DNA of 64,000 nt from Candidatus Wolframiiraptor sinensis (lineage in GTDB: Archaea > Thermoproteota > Nitrososphaeria_A > Caldarchaeales > Wolframiiraptoraceae): positions 145,736-209,735 of the forward strand of contig JALNKA010000002.1 in NCBI GenBank assembly GCA_023261815.1, read 5' to 3'. The translations under genes were made by a program, and so were the position numbers. This document shows positions 46,895 through 56,301 of this stretch, one piece after another. Position 1 is the stretch's first letter. Each line of letters opens with the position of its first letter. Under the pieces are notes generated by a model that worked only from the letters and a program-made list of their open reading frames with translations, was not told the origin of the DNA and searched no databases.

Positions 46895-47466
46895 TACTTC
46901 TCCTCCGCCTTAACCACGAGGAGATCTGTGTATATCGGCCCCCTCGAAGTCAATGTGCTCTTCTTGACCTTGAAGGAGTCTATTAGCTGCTCTCCGAAAT
47001 GGAGGTCCTTGAGCTCCTCGAGCCTCCGCATCGCCAGCTGCTTATCCCGAATGAACTTGACCCTCCCTATCGTGAGATGAGGTGTGAAGCCCCGCTCATC
47101 GTACTTGAACCCGAGCCTGCTCAGCCTCTCGATCAGCTGATCCAAGATGCGCTTCAGCCCATTCTCCGGGTCCTCTATGCCGAGCCATATCACGTTTATC
47201 CTGCCTCCTCCCGGGAAGTATCCGACGCCGCGGACGCCGAGCTTGAACTGCTTGAACCTCACCTTCCCAGCATTCTCGAGTATCAGGTTCAGCCTGCCGG
47301 GATCTATCTCGCCGAAGAACCAGAGGGTTATGTGGAGGTTGTAGGGCTCGACGGGCTTCATCCCCACGCCAATCCTCATCAGCTCCTCCTGTATCTCCTG
47401 GGCCCTGGATACTATCTGGGGGTTGTCGAAGTCCACGGCGATGAATGTTCTTATCAGCTCGACCAT
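46894..47466 (-). CDS. thpR: RNA 2',3'-cyclic phosphodiesterase / 2'-5' RNA ligase (2H family)
   Basis: RTFIAVD, HITL, PHLTIGR and S.LT..GPIY motifs. Confidence 0.93.
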   Translation of the reverse strand: MVELIRTFIAVDFDNPQIVSRAQEIQEELMRIGVGMKPVEPYNLHITLWFFGEIDPGRLNLILENAGKVRFKQFKLGVRGVGYFPGGGRINVIWLGIEDPENGLKRILDQLIERLSRLGFKYDERGFTPHLTIGRVKFIRDKQLAMRRLEELKDLHFGEQLIDSFKVKKSTLTSRGPIYTDLLVVKAEEK

Positions 47467-47503
47467 GACACCAATTCACGCGAGATAATGAACTGGCTCA
47501 TGA

Positions 47504-48181
47504 TTAATCTTGCGCCGCGCCCTCGGCGAGCTTCTCGAGAAGCATCTTCGCGATTCTATCCGCGACCGCATCCGCCTCTCCTTGAGGATTCATTATCCAG
47601 GCCACCTCATTGGGTCTCATCTCCTTGAAGACCATATAGAACTCCTTGACGTGCTGCTGCATGAGCTGATCCCGCTCCAGCGCGCTCTCTAGCCCTCCCT
47701 GCCCAACCTTCATCTTAAGCCTCTTGATTCTATCCTCCTCAGGCGCGTCAATCACCAAGTATATGTCGGGCTTCACGAAAACCCCCTCGCCGAGCTTCTC
47801 GACGAGCTCTACGAATATTTTGAAATCCTGCTTTGAGACCCTAACGCCTCTCAGCCTCGATAACGCGAATCCATAGGCTATCGAGCAGAGATAGTATCTG
47901 TCTATGAAGAGGAGGTCGGGCGCCTCCTCCTCGATGATGCGCTTTAGGATCTTTGAGTCATCGCTCGTGTTCGCGAGGAAGAGGAGCATCCGCGTCAGGT
48001 GATCCACGTCCGGGTCGTTTCCATATGTTTTGGCGAACTCGCCGGTCTTGGAGCTGCTGGGAGTCTTGTGCGTAGAGACCTTATAGCCCCTGGACTCAAG
48101 GATCGATCTAACCTTAGCTATGAGCGTCGTCTTGCCGACCGCGTCAAGGCCTTCCCAAACAATTATCAGGGGCTTGGGCAA
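47504..48181 (-). CDS. tmk: Thymidylate kinase family
   Basis: EGLDAVGKTT, LLFLAN, IDRY..S.AYG and KPD motifs. Confidence 0.85.
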   Translation of the reverse strand: MPKPLIIVWEGLDAVGKTTLIAKVRSILESRGYKVSTHKTPSSSKTGEFAKTYGNDPDVDHLTRMLLFLANTSDDSKILKRIIEEEAPDLLFIDRYYLCSIAYGFALSRLRGVRVSKQDFKIFVELVEKLGEGVFVKPDIYLVIDAPEEDRIKRLKMKVGQGGLESALERDQLMQQHVKEFYMVFKEMRPNEVAWIMNPQGEADAVADRIAKMLLEKLAEGAAQD

Positions 48182-48224
48182 GCTCCCGAAAAAGATTGGG
48201 AAGAGGTTTGAGAAAAATCATGCG

Positions 48225-49172
48225 CTAGAGGGTTATTCCGGATTCCTCGAGCTTCACCAGCCTCTCCCAGTTCTCCTCAACCACCTTTTTCAGCGCATCT
48301 AGGATATGGGCATTCTCTGGCCTGAAGAGGTGGCTGAACCTTCCCTGCTGCTTCAGGAACTCCTCGAGCGGCTTCGGCTCCTTCACCTTCACGTTTATCT
48401 TCACTTTGCCATACTCCACCTCGTATACTGGGAAGTATCTGGTTTCGACGGCAAGTCTCGCGAGCCTAACCGTTTCTGATGGCGGATATCTCCATCCCGG
48501 AACGCATGGTGCGAGGATGTGGATGACCTTCGGGCCCTCGATCTCCAAGGCCTTCCTAACCTTGTTCGCGAGATCTATTGGATGAGAGATGCTCGCCGTG
48601 GCGGCGTATGGGATCTTGTGGGCGACAGCTATCGCGATTAAGTCCTTCTTCCTCTCCTGCTTCCCGGGTATCACCTTGCCGGCCGGGCTGGTGGTGGTTG
48701 CAGCCCCGATGGGCGTCGCGCCAGACCGCTGGATCCCCGTATTCATGTATGCCTCATTATCATAGCATATGTAGAGCATGTTGTGGCCTCTCTCAAGAGC
48801 TCCGGAGAGGGCTTGAAGACCTATATCGAATGTCCCACCATCTCCCGCGAAGACTATGACGTCGTGCATCTTCTTTCCCCTCTTCCTATTCAGCACCTTA
48901 ATGGCCTCAACTATCCCAGAAGCAACCGCCGCCGCGTTCTCGAATGCCACATGAACGTATGGTATCTTCCAGGCCGTGTAGGGGTAGCATGAAGTGGAGA
49001 CCTCGACGCAGCCGGTCGGGTTCACGACGACCGTTGGCCCTCTTATAGCCTTGAAGACCAGCCTTGCCGCTGTGCCAGCGCCGCATCCGGCGCAAAGCCT
49101 GTGGCCGGACGCGAACCACTCCTCCCTGGGCAGATCCTTCGGCGTCTTGTAGAAAATTACTTGGCTGCTCAT
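48225..49172 (-). CDS. porB: 2-oxoacid:ferredoxin oxidoreductase beta subunit
   Basis: GHRLCAGCG, TGCVEV, GDGGTFDIG and DNEAYMNTGIQRS motifs. Confidence 0.95.
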   Translation of the reverse strand: MSSQVIFYKTPKDLPREEWFASGHRLCAGCGAGTAARLVFKAIRGPTVVVNPTGCVEVSTSCYPYTAWKIPYVHVAFENAAAVASGIVEAIKVLNRKRGKKMHDVIVFAGDGGTFDIGLQALSGALERGHNMLYICYDNEAYMNTGIQRSGATPIGAATTTSPAGKVIPGKQERKKDLIAIAVAHKIPYAATASISHPIDLANKVRKALEIEGPKVIHILAPCVPGWRYPPSETVRLARLAVETRYFPVYEVEYGKVKINVKVKEPKPLEEFLKQQGRFSHLFRPENAHILDALKKVVEENWERLVKLEESGITL

Positions 49173-50362
49173 GCCCTCACCCCCCACCAGATGACGTGCT
49201 CGTCAAATCTGCCCCTCTTGGCGCCGTCAATCGCCATCCTCAAGACCGCCTCGGCCTCATCGAGCCTGAAGTCCCTGCCGCCCAGCCCGTACACCACGTT
49301 CATCGCCGGGATTCTCAAACCATTCCTGTAAAGCATCGCGAGAACCTCCATGTAGAGCGGCCCACCGAGCCCCCCATAGGAGTAGGCTCTATCCATCACC
49401 ACGAGAGCTTTCGCGTTCTTTAGAAGCTCTATCAGCTGCTTCTCCGGGAATGGCCTGAACATCGTCAGCCCGATGACACCGACCTTGAGCCCGCTCTCCC
49501 TAAGCCTCCTCGCAGCTACTTTAAGCGTCCCATAAGTCGATCCCAAGACGAGGATGACCGCCTCGGCATCATCAGCCATATGCGAGTTGAAGTACCAGTA
49601 CCTCCTGCCGCTTATCCTCGCGTACTCCTCGACCACCTGCGGGTAGACCCGCTCAGCCCTCTCCACCGCCTCCTTGAGCTGGTACTTGAACTCCATGTAC
49701 GTGTCCGGAAGCGCCATGGTGCCAAAGGTCGCCGGTCTATCGAAGTCCACCGAGTATATTGTGTTCCTGGGCGGCAGGAACTTGGAAGCATCTTCATCGG
49801 AGATAGGCGTCAGAGGCTCGACGCTGTGAGTTAGGATGAATGCATCGAGGTTAACGGAGGCCGGCAGCTGAACATCTGGGTGCTCCGAGAGCTTGAACGC
49901 TATGAATGTCAGATCGTATGCTTCTTGGACGTTCGTCGCGAACAGGTGGATCCACCCAGAGTCCCTCTCAGGCATCACGTCGCCATGCTCACAATGTATG
50001 TTCAAGGGAGCGTTCAACGACCTGTTTGCTATAGCCATGACCATTGGAACTCTCATCGATGAAGCAGCGTAAACGATCTCGTGCATGAGGGCTAAGCCCT
50101 GGCTCGCGGTCGAGGTGAAAACTCTCGCGCCCGCGAGAGCCGCACCAACGCATATCGAGAGTGCCGAGTGCTCGCTCTCAGCCTGGATGAAGGCCGCATC
50201 CAGCTCCCCGTTCGCGACATACTCGCTCAGCCTCTCGACGATTATCGTCTGCGGCGTTATCGGGTATGCCGCGATCACGTCCACGTTCGACTGCTTGACA
50301 GCTAGCGCGACCGCCTCATCCCCCATTATCGCTATCCTCTCCTGAGCCTGCCTCGCCATCAC
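49169..50362 (-). CDS. porA: 2-oxoacid:ferredoxin oxidoreductase alpha subunit
   Basis: AYPITPQT, ESEHSA, TASQGL, FRPFP and GLGGRD motifs. Confidence 0.95.
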   Translation of the reverse strand: MMARQAQERIAIMGDEAVALAVKQSNVDVIAAYPITPQTIIVERLSEYVANGELDAAFIQAESEHSALSICVGAALAGARVFTSTASQGLALMHEIVYAASSMRVPMVMAIANRSLNAPLNIHCEHGDVMPERDSGWIHLFATNVQEAYDLTFIAFKLSEHPDVQLPASVNLDAFILTHSVEPLTPISDEDASKFLPPRNTIYSVDFDRPATFGTMALPDTYMEFKYQLKEAVERAERVYPQVVEEYARISGRRYWYFNSHMADDAEAVILVLGSTYGTLKVAARRLRESGLKVGVIGLTMFRPFPEKQLIELLKNAKALVVMDRAYSYGGLGGPLYMEVLAMLYRNGLRIPAMNVVYGLGGRDFRLDEAEAVLRMAIDGAKRGRFDEHVIWWGVRA

Positions 50363-50363
50363 G

Positions 50364-50672
50364 CTACACCTCCTCCATGCTTATCGCCTTAACGGGGCAC
50401 ACGGTCTCGCATACCCCGCACCCCTTACAATAATCGTAGTCTACTTGGACTGAGTCGTCCTCCAGCCTCTTGATGGCGGCATCGGGGCAGAAGGTCCAGC
50501 AGAGAAGGCACTTGATGCACTTCCCGTAATCTATTCTTGGCTGCCTCGTCCTCCAGGTCCCGGTCTTGTATTCGAGCGATGTCGCGGGAACCGGTATCAT
50601 GGCCGCGATTGGCAGATCTTTGTAGGTGAACTCTCCCTTGACGACGGGCTCAACTATCCTCTTAGCCGACAA
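50364..50672 (-). CDS. porD: 2-oxoacid:ferredoxin oxidoreductase delta subunit (2x[4Fe-4S])
   Basis: TGTWR, CIKCLLCWTFCP and YCKGCGVCETVCP motifs. Confidence 0.95.
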   Translation of the reverse strand: MSAKRIVEPVVKGEFTYKDLPIAAMIPVPATSLEYKTGTWRTRQPRIDYGKCIKCLLCWTFCPDAAIKRLEDDSVQVDYDYCKGCGVCETVCPVKAISMEEV

Positions 50673-51240
50673 TGGTCTTCACCTCCTCATAGCACCTCCT
50701 GCTCAGCCTAAGATTCATCTCGAGGACTTTCCCGGAGAATCTCTCGGCCAGAACGTCCTCGAGCGTCTTGAGCGATGCCAGCCCTCTCACCCTCAGGAGA
50801 GCTGAGAGCATGGGCACATTGTATATCTCCCGGCTGACCTCCTCGAGCGAGATCCGCCTAGCATCAACCACGTGGAGCCTGTAGCCGCGCTCCCTGGCCC
50901 ACTTCGCCACCTTCTCGCTGTTATCGAGGGACAAGTTCAGCAGGATGTCGCCGCCCTTCTTGAGCCCATAAGAGTAATCCTCGGGAGCCTTGGACATGAC
51001 GGGATCTATTATCACGACGATATCCGGTTCATAGATTCCGCAGTGAATCTCTATGGGCTCATCCGAGATCCTGGTATAAGACCTGACGGGCGCGCCGGCT
51101 CTTTCGGGCCCGAACTCTGGGAAATGTTGTGCATACCTTCCCTCGATGATTGCGGCTCTAGCCAGAAGATTGCTTCCCGTGACGACTCCTTGCCCTCCTC
51201 TTCCATGCCATCTTATCTCGATTAACTCCATGGAAGGCAT
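50662..51240 (-). CDS. porG: 2-oxoacid:ferredoxin oxidoreductase gamma subunit
   Basis: EIRWHGRGGQG and FGPERAGAPV motifs. Confidence 0.95.
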   Translation of the reverse strand: MPSMELIEIRWHGRGGQGVVTGSNLLARAAIIEGRYAQHFPEFGPERAGAPVRSYTRISDEPIEIHCGIYEPDIVVIIDPVMSKAPEDYSYGLKKGGDILLNLSLDNSEKVAKWARERGYRLHVVDARRISLEEVSREIYNVPMLSALLRVRGLASLKTLEDVLAERFSGKVLEMNLRLSRRCYEEVKTIVG

Positions 51241-51343
51241 CACCAGCACCTTAACGGGCTAAACAGCACCTATTTACTATTTAGCATGCGTCTTGGATGC
51301 GCGTAGAAGAATTAAAGAGGCGCTGAGCGCGATTAATGGAGGC

Positions 51344-52759
51344 ATGATCGAGGAGTTTGATGCGATAGTTATCGGCGGCGGGCCGGGAGGATATGTTGCG
51401 GGGATTAGGCTCGGCCAGCGGGGCTTGAAAACGCTCTTAATAGAGAAGGATGAGCTGGGTGGAGAGTGCCTGAATAGGGGATGCATTCCCTCAAAGGTCC
51501 TCATAAGCAGGGTGAACTTATACTGGCTCGCGAGGAACGCGAAGTGGCTTAGGAGCAGCGACTTGGAGGTTGATTGGAAGGAGCTCCAAGCGGTCAGGGA
51601 GAGGATTATCAGGAGGCTGAGGCTCGGCGTAAAATATCTTTTGGAAGGAAATGGCGTGAAGGTTCTCGAAGGAGAGGCGAGGCTGAAGTCCGACCACGAA
51701 GTGGAAGTCAGGATGCGAGATGGATCCTTAAAGTCATTCAGGGCGAGAAATATAATCATCGCGATCGGCGGGGAGCATGCTCCATTAAGGGAGATGCCAT
51801 TTGACGGTGTCAAGGTCATAACATCCTCTCAAGCACTCGAGCTTCAGGAAATCCCGCGGAGCCTGCTGATAGTAGGAGGAGGCGTCTCGGGAGTCGAGAT
51901 AGGGACATTCTACGCGAAGCTCGGAACAGAGGTGACGATCGTGGAGATCACGGATCAGATCCTCCCGGGCGTGGAGAAGGATCTCGTGGACGTTGTCGAG
52001 AGGAGGCTGAGGAGGCTGGGCGTCAAGATATACACGAGCTCGAAGATCACGTCTTCCAAGGTGTCAGATGGTGGGGTCGAGGCGATTGTGGAGACGCGGG
52101 GCGGCGAGAGCCTTGAGGTGAGAGCAGATTACGCGATGATCGCAGTTGGCAAGAGACCCGCATCCGAGAGCATTGGCGCGAGCAGTATCGGTATAAAGCT
52201 CGACGAGAGGGGATTCATACGTGTTGATGATCATATGGAGACCAGTGTTCCGGGAGTATATGCTGTTGGCGATGTTACGGGGCCGCCATTCCTAGCTCAC
52301 CGTGCATCGTATCACGGAATGATCGCCGCGGACAACATAGCTGGAGCGGAGGCGAGCATGAGGGATGTCGTGATCCCATCCGCGATATTCTCAGACCCGG
52401 AGATAGCTTACGCTGGCTTGACGGAGGCGGAGGCCAAGGCGAGGGGCATAAAGCCTAGAGTCGGCAAGTTCCCGTTCACCGCCTCCGGTAGAGCGGTCGC
52501 CGAGGAAGCCGCGGACGGGTTCGTGAAGATCATCGCGGACTCCTCCACGGAGGAGGTCGTCGGATGCCAGATGGTTGGCCATCATGTGACCGAGCTGATC
52601 TCGGAAGCCGTACTAGCGATCCAGAATAGGATGAGGCTCGATCAGTTCGCTAAGTGCATGAGACCTCACCCAACGCTCAGCGAAGCCCTGATGGAGGCGG
52701 CTGAGGCCGCGCTGTGGAAACCCATACACATTATAGTTCAGAGGGAGTGCGTCAGGTAG
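51344..52759 (+). CDS. lpdA: Dihydrolipoamide dehydrogenase
   Basis: GGGPGGY, GGECLNRGCIPSK, GGGVSGVE and HPTLSEA motifs. Confidence 0.93.
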   Translation: MIEEFDAIVIGGGPGGYVAGIRLGQRGLKTLLIEKDELGGECLNRGCIPSKVLISRVNLYWLARNAKWLRSSDLEVDWKELQAVRERIIRRLRLGVKYLLEGNGVKVLEGEARLKSDHEVEVRMRDGSLKSFRARNIIIAIGGEHAPLREMPFDGVKVITSSQALELQEIPRSLLIVGGGVSGVEIGTFYAKLGTEVTIVEITDQILPGVEKDLVDVVERRLRRLGVKIYTSSKITSSKVSDGGVEAIVETRGGESLEVRADYAMIAVGKRPASESIGASSIGIKLDERGFIRVDDHMETSVPGVYAVGDVTGPPFLAHRASYHGMIAADNIAGAEASMRDVVIPSAIFSDPEIAYAGLTEAEAKARGIKPRVGKFPFTASGRAVAEEAADGFVKIIADSSTEEVVGCQMVGHHVTELISEAVLAIQNRMRLDQFAKCMRPHPTLSEALMEAAEAALWKPIHIIVQRECVR

Positions 52760-53523
52760 TCAATTCTGCCTCCATCAACAACTATCACCTGTCCCGTTAT
52801 GTAGCTGGATTCATCCGACGCGAGGAAGACAGCGACTCTAGCTATATCCTCTGGGGACGCGATCCTTCTCAGCGAGATTGTTGCTTTTCTCTTCTCAAGA
52901 ATTTCCCTCAACTCTTCCTCGCTCTTCCCCTGCACGAACATATCCGTTGGGACGAAGCTTGGGGCTATGGCGTTCACGTTTATCCCATATTCTCCGAGCT
53001 CAAACGCTAGTCTCTTCGTCAGCGCGATGATCGCAGCCTTCGTCAGGGCATAAAGAGTCGTCCCGTGGGAGGCAGTTCCAATAGCGGCCGTACTAGCGAT
53101 GTTAATTATCTTACCGTATCTCTTCATCACCATATATTTTACCGCCTCCCTGCAGCAGTATATCGTGCCCTTGACATTCACGTCAATCATCCTGTCGAAT
53201 TCCTCATCCTTCAAATCCATGATCGAGCCATAATACATGATTGCCGCGTTGTTCACCAGAACATCTATCGTGCCAAATATATTCACGGCCGCCTCTATAA
53301 GCCTTCTAGCATCATCGGGCTTAGAGATGTCAGCTCTAACCATTATCGCCTCGCTCCCATAGGCCCTTATCTCGTTCAGGACCTCTCGTGCCCTATCCTC
53401 GGATGCAATGTAATTCACGCACACTTTTGCACCCTCTCTCGCGAACTCCAGCGCGATTGCTTTTCCTATCCCCCGCGAGCTACCTGTAACTACGGCCACC
53501 TTACCATTCAGCCTGCCGGCCAT
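52738..53523 (-). CDS. Short-chain dehydrogenase/reductase (FabG-like)
   Basis: TGSSRGIG, VNNA, YALTK, VNAIAP and ITGQ..VDGG motifs. Start at MAGRLNG. Confidence 0.92.
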   Translation of the reverse strand: MAGRLNGKVAVVTGSSRGIGKAIALEFAREGAKVCVNYIASEDRAREVLNEIRAYGSEAIMVRADISKPDDARRLIEAAVNIFGTIDVLVNNAAIMYYGSIMDLKDEEFDRMIDVNVKGTIYCCREAVKYMVMKRYGKIINIASTAAIGTASHGTTLYALTKAAIIALTKRLAFELGEYGINVNAIAPSFVPTDMFVQGKSEEELREILEKRKATISLRRIASPEDIARVAVFLASDESSYITGQVIVVDGGRIDYLTHSL

Positions 53524-53560
53524 GTCCAGGCAAACACAAGTCGTGCATGAGTAATTAACT

Positions 53561-54238
53561 TTACCGCCATTTACTCGATGGACAGATTTCCAAGAAGGGA
53601 CATTGAGAGCATCTCGGATTTCTTGCAACACATATTCTTCTGCCAAATTCTATTAGGGCTAAGTGTGCTAAGATCCTCTTCTCAGGCTTAACCGATGACT
53701 CGAGCTTGAATTTCAGGGACTCGTAATCTTCCTTCTCGCCGGCTATCCCGAGCCTTCTCATAACCCTGAAGATGTGAGTGTCTATGGGGAGTATCTGCTC
53801 ATCTCTGGCGAACATTAGGAAGACGTCGGCGGTCTTGGGGCCAACCCCCTTCAAAGAGGAGAGGATCCTCCTGGCCTCAGGGTAGGGCATCGAGAGAACT
53901 CTCTCCAAGTCGATGTTCTTATCGGCGATTTGGCGGGCGATCAGCTTAATCCTCGGAGCCTTCATCCTCCAGAGGCCGGCGGGCTTAATCGCGTCCTGGA
54001 TTGACTTGAGGCTCGCTGAGGCAACCGCCTCGGCGCCGCTGAATCTCGCCCTGAACCTCTCCATGGCCGCTCGAACATTCCTCGTGCTTGTCTTCTGGGA
54101 TAATATTATCGCGACGAGCGCGTGAAATGGGTCATCAATTTTCATGCGTGCCGGATCGGGGCGAAACATCTCGATAACTCTATCCACTATCATCGAGATC
54201 CTCTCGCGCATTTCATTCGAGAGCTCCACGCCGCTCAT
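53561..54238 (-). CDS. nth: Endonuclease III (HhH-GPD, Fe-S)
   Basis: ILSQKT, GVGPKTAD, IDTHIFR and C.ARNPRC..C....C motifs. Confidence 0.92.
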   Translation of the reverse strand: MSGVELSNEMRERISMIVDRVIEMFRPDPARMKIDDPFHALVAIILSQKTSTRNVRAAMERFRARFSGAEAVASASLKSIQDAIKPAGLWRMKAPRIKLIARQIADKNIDLERVLSMPYPEARRILSSLKGVGPKTADVFLMFARDEQILPIDTHIFRVMRRLGIAGEKEDYESLKFKLESSVKPEKRILAHLALIEFGRRICVARNPRCSQCPFLEICPSSKWR

Positions 54239-55368
54239 CCCCTAATAATCACCCTCCGCTTGCACGCACCTTTAACAAACTCGCGGAGCTGAGTTATCCT
54301 CATTTTTGGCCCCCTCGCTGCCATAAGCATCTCGAAATCGCTGATCACCACATTCTCCAGGCTTACGTCATATTTTGCCGAGAGCTCTCGCAGGCCACGC
54401 TCATCTATGTCCGGTATCCTGCTCACGTCGCCGCATGGCCCGAGCCCGCAGGCAGCGCAGCCGAGCCCATGCACCTCGACGCTCGCCGCGCACGCGGATG
54501 GATAAGCCCTCAGGCCCAGCTCTTCCGCCAATCTCGTGATCCTCCTCTTCACGTCGCCCATTTTGAGGGTTACCTGCTTCCCGGGCTTAAGCTCTCCAGG
54601 AATCCTTCTCATGATCTCGCCCATGTGAGGATACTTGGCAGCCCTAAGCCTCTCAATTATCCCCCTTGTAACCCTCATGGAGCCCAGCACGACGCCGGCG
54701 GCGCCAGAGTCCAAGGCCCTGGCTAGAATATCCTCGAGCTCCCTCTCACTGAGCCCCGGCAACATCGGTCTCAAAAATAGGCAAACGTGGACGCCATGGC
54801 TGGATAGCATTCTAATGGATTGGAATCTCTTCTCAGGATCCGGGGCACCGGGCTCGAGCACGCCATGAAGGCTCGTGGTCACGATCGTCACGAGAGCGCT
54901 CAAGCGATCTGGCACCGATCCGAGCCTTGCGGCGAGCATCTCATCAATCCAAGCCTTCGTCGAGAACTGGATCGGATTCCCGAGGAGCCGAGCAACGGCA
55001 TCGAGATACTCGAGGGCCTTATCCGCTGTCTCCTCCATGAAGGGCTCGGTCACGGATCCGAAGGCCATGAGCGTTCCGTCGCCCCCAGGGGCCACGGAGG
55101 GATTCAGCGCGAGCGCGTAGGCGAGCTGAAGCCCGGATAATGGATACGGCCTCGGAGCCCTGGAGAAGCCCATGTCGTATATGTAGCAGTAGAGGCAGCC
55201 GAACTTGCATCCGAGCCCCGTATGCACTGTTAAGCCGCATGGCCTTGGAAGACGCCTAGCATGAGGATCTCGCCTAGCAGACTCGAGCTCACGCTCATCG
55301 AGCGTGCTTTCCAACCTCGAGACTAGCTCGAGCTTCCTCTCCCAAGCATCAATCAAGTCGATCATCAT
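54235..55368 (-). CDS. Radical SAM protein (SPL-like family)
   Basis: CKFGCLYC, GSVTEP, LEPGAP..KR and RPMLPG motifs; C-terminal Cys cluster. Confidence 0.85.
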   Translation of the reverse strand: MMIDLIDAWERKLELVSRLESTLDERELESARRDPHARRLPRPCGLTVHTGLGCKFGCLYCYIYDMGFSRAPRPYPLSGLQLAYALALNPSVAPGGDGTLMAFGSVTEPFMEETADKALEYLDAVARLLGNPIQFSTKAWIDEMLAARLGSVPDRLSALVTIVTTSLHGVLEPGAPDPEKRFQSIRMLSSHGVHVCLFLRPMLPGLSERELEDILARALDSGAAGVVLGSMRVTRGIIERLRAAKYPHMGEIMRRIPGELKPGKQVTLKMGDVKRRITRLAEELGLRAYPSACAASVEVHGLGCAACGLGPCGDVSRIPDIDERGLRELSAKYDVSLENVVISDFEMLMAARGPKMRITQLREFVKGACKRRVIIRG

Positions 55369-55479
55369 CAGGGCACCCTGGCGACTGCATGCCGCTTATC
55401 CGCCGTTAAGTCCACGTAAAAATGATGACTCGAAGGGCTAATGTTTTTCCCGATCTAAGTCGGCTAAGACCCGGATAGC

Positions 55480-56301
55480 ATGTCTTGGATGGAGGCGGCT
55501 CGGCTGCTCGGCCTATCGCAGATCATGAAAATCGGTCTCCTCAAGGCGGTGGGCTTCGAGGAGGCGGTTTTGAGGCTACCCGACGGCATGCGGATCATCA
55601 TGGACCTTAACCAAGTTCCCGGCGCACTATACAACATACTGCACATCTATTATCACGAGGATTACTCTTTCACCTCGGAGGCGATTCCTAGGCCCGGCTG
55701 GAAGATAGTTGATGCTGGAGCATATCTCGGGGCTTATACGATGTGGTCGGCGCGGAGGGTTGAGCCGGGCGGGGAGGTGGTGGCGCTGGAGCCGCATCCG
55801 AGAAGCAGGGAGCTGCTCCAGAGAACGATAATGTTCAATGGCCTGAGGAATGTCAGGGTTCTGCCATACGCTCTCTCGATTCACGAGGGTAGAGGCAAGC
55901 TCTACTCCCCGAGATATAGGGCTCTGGCATCGCTGAGGAGGGAGCACGCCGAGTACTTCTGCGGAGAAGTCGTGGAGGAGCATGAGGTGGAGTGTGTGAG
56001 CCTGAGAACGCTTCTGAGCATGCTCGGTAGCCGGGAGATCGATCTCCTCAAGCTGGATATAGAGGGCCTCGAATACGATGTTCTAAGGAGCTCAACCGAC
56101 GTGCTAGGCCGCATCAAGAGAATTGCCGTCGAGGTTCATCTTGATTCATGCTCGATCCCGGAGCTCGACCAGCTCCTAAGAGACAACGGCTTCGAGGCGA
56201 TCATAAAATTCGATGCGCGCGCCGAGAACCAGGCATTCATAATAGCCCTGAGAAAAAGTTGGGATGAAATGCCGGCGCTCTCAAAGTATGAAAGTTCCTA
56301 G
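55480..56301 (+). CDS. FkbM-family methyltransferase
   Basis: VDAGAYLG, ALEP and IDLLKLDIEG.E..VL motifs. Confidence 0.9.
   Translation: MSWMEAARLLGLSQIMKIGLLKAVGFEEAVLRLPDGMRIIMDLNQVPGALYNILHIYYHEDYSFTSEAIPRPGWKIVDAGAYLGAYTMWSARRVEPGGEVVALEPHPRSRELLQRTIMFNGLRNVRVLPYALSIHEGRGKLYSPRYRALASLRREHAEYFCGEVVEEHEVECVSLRTLLSMLGSREIDLLKLDIEGLEYDVLRSSTDVLGRIKRIAVEVHLDSCSIPELDQLLRDNGFEAIIKFDARAENQAFIIALRKSWDEMPALSKYESS

Noticed and set aside
51344-52759. lpdA as part of a novel complex with the POR subunits
   Set aside because: Divergent orientation and no lipoyl-domain gene in the window; adjacency alone is insufficient.
55420-55475. Second C/D-box sRNA starting at ATGATGA
   Set aside because: No CTGA D box or C' box at proper spacing; the site lies in a divergent promoter region.
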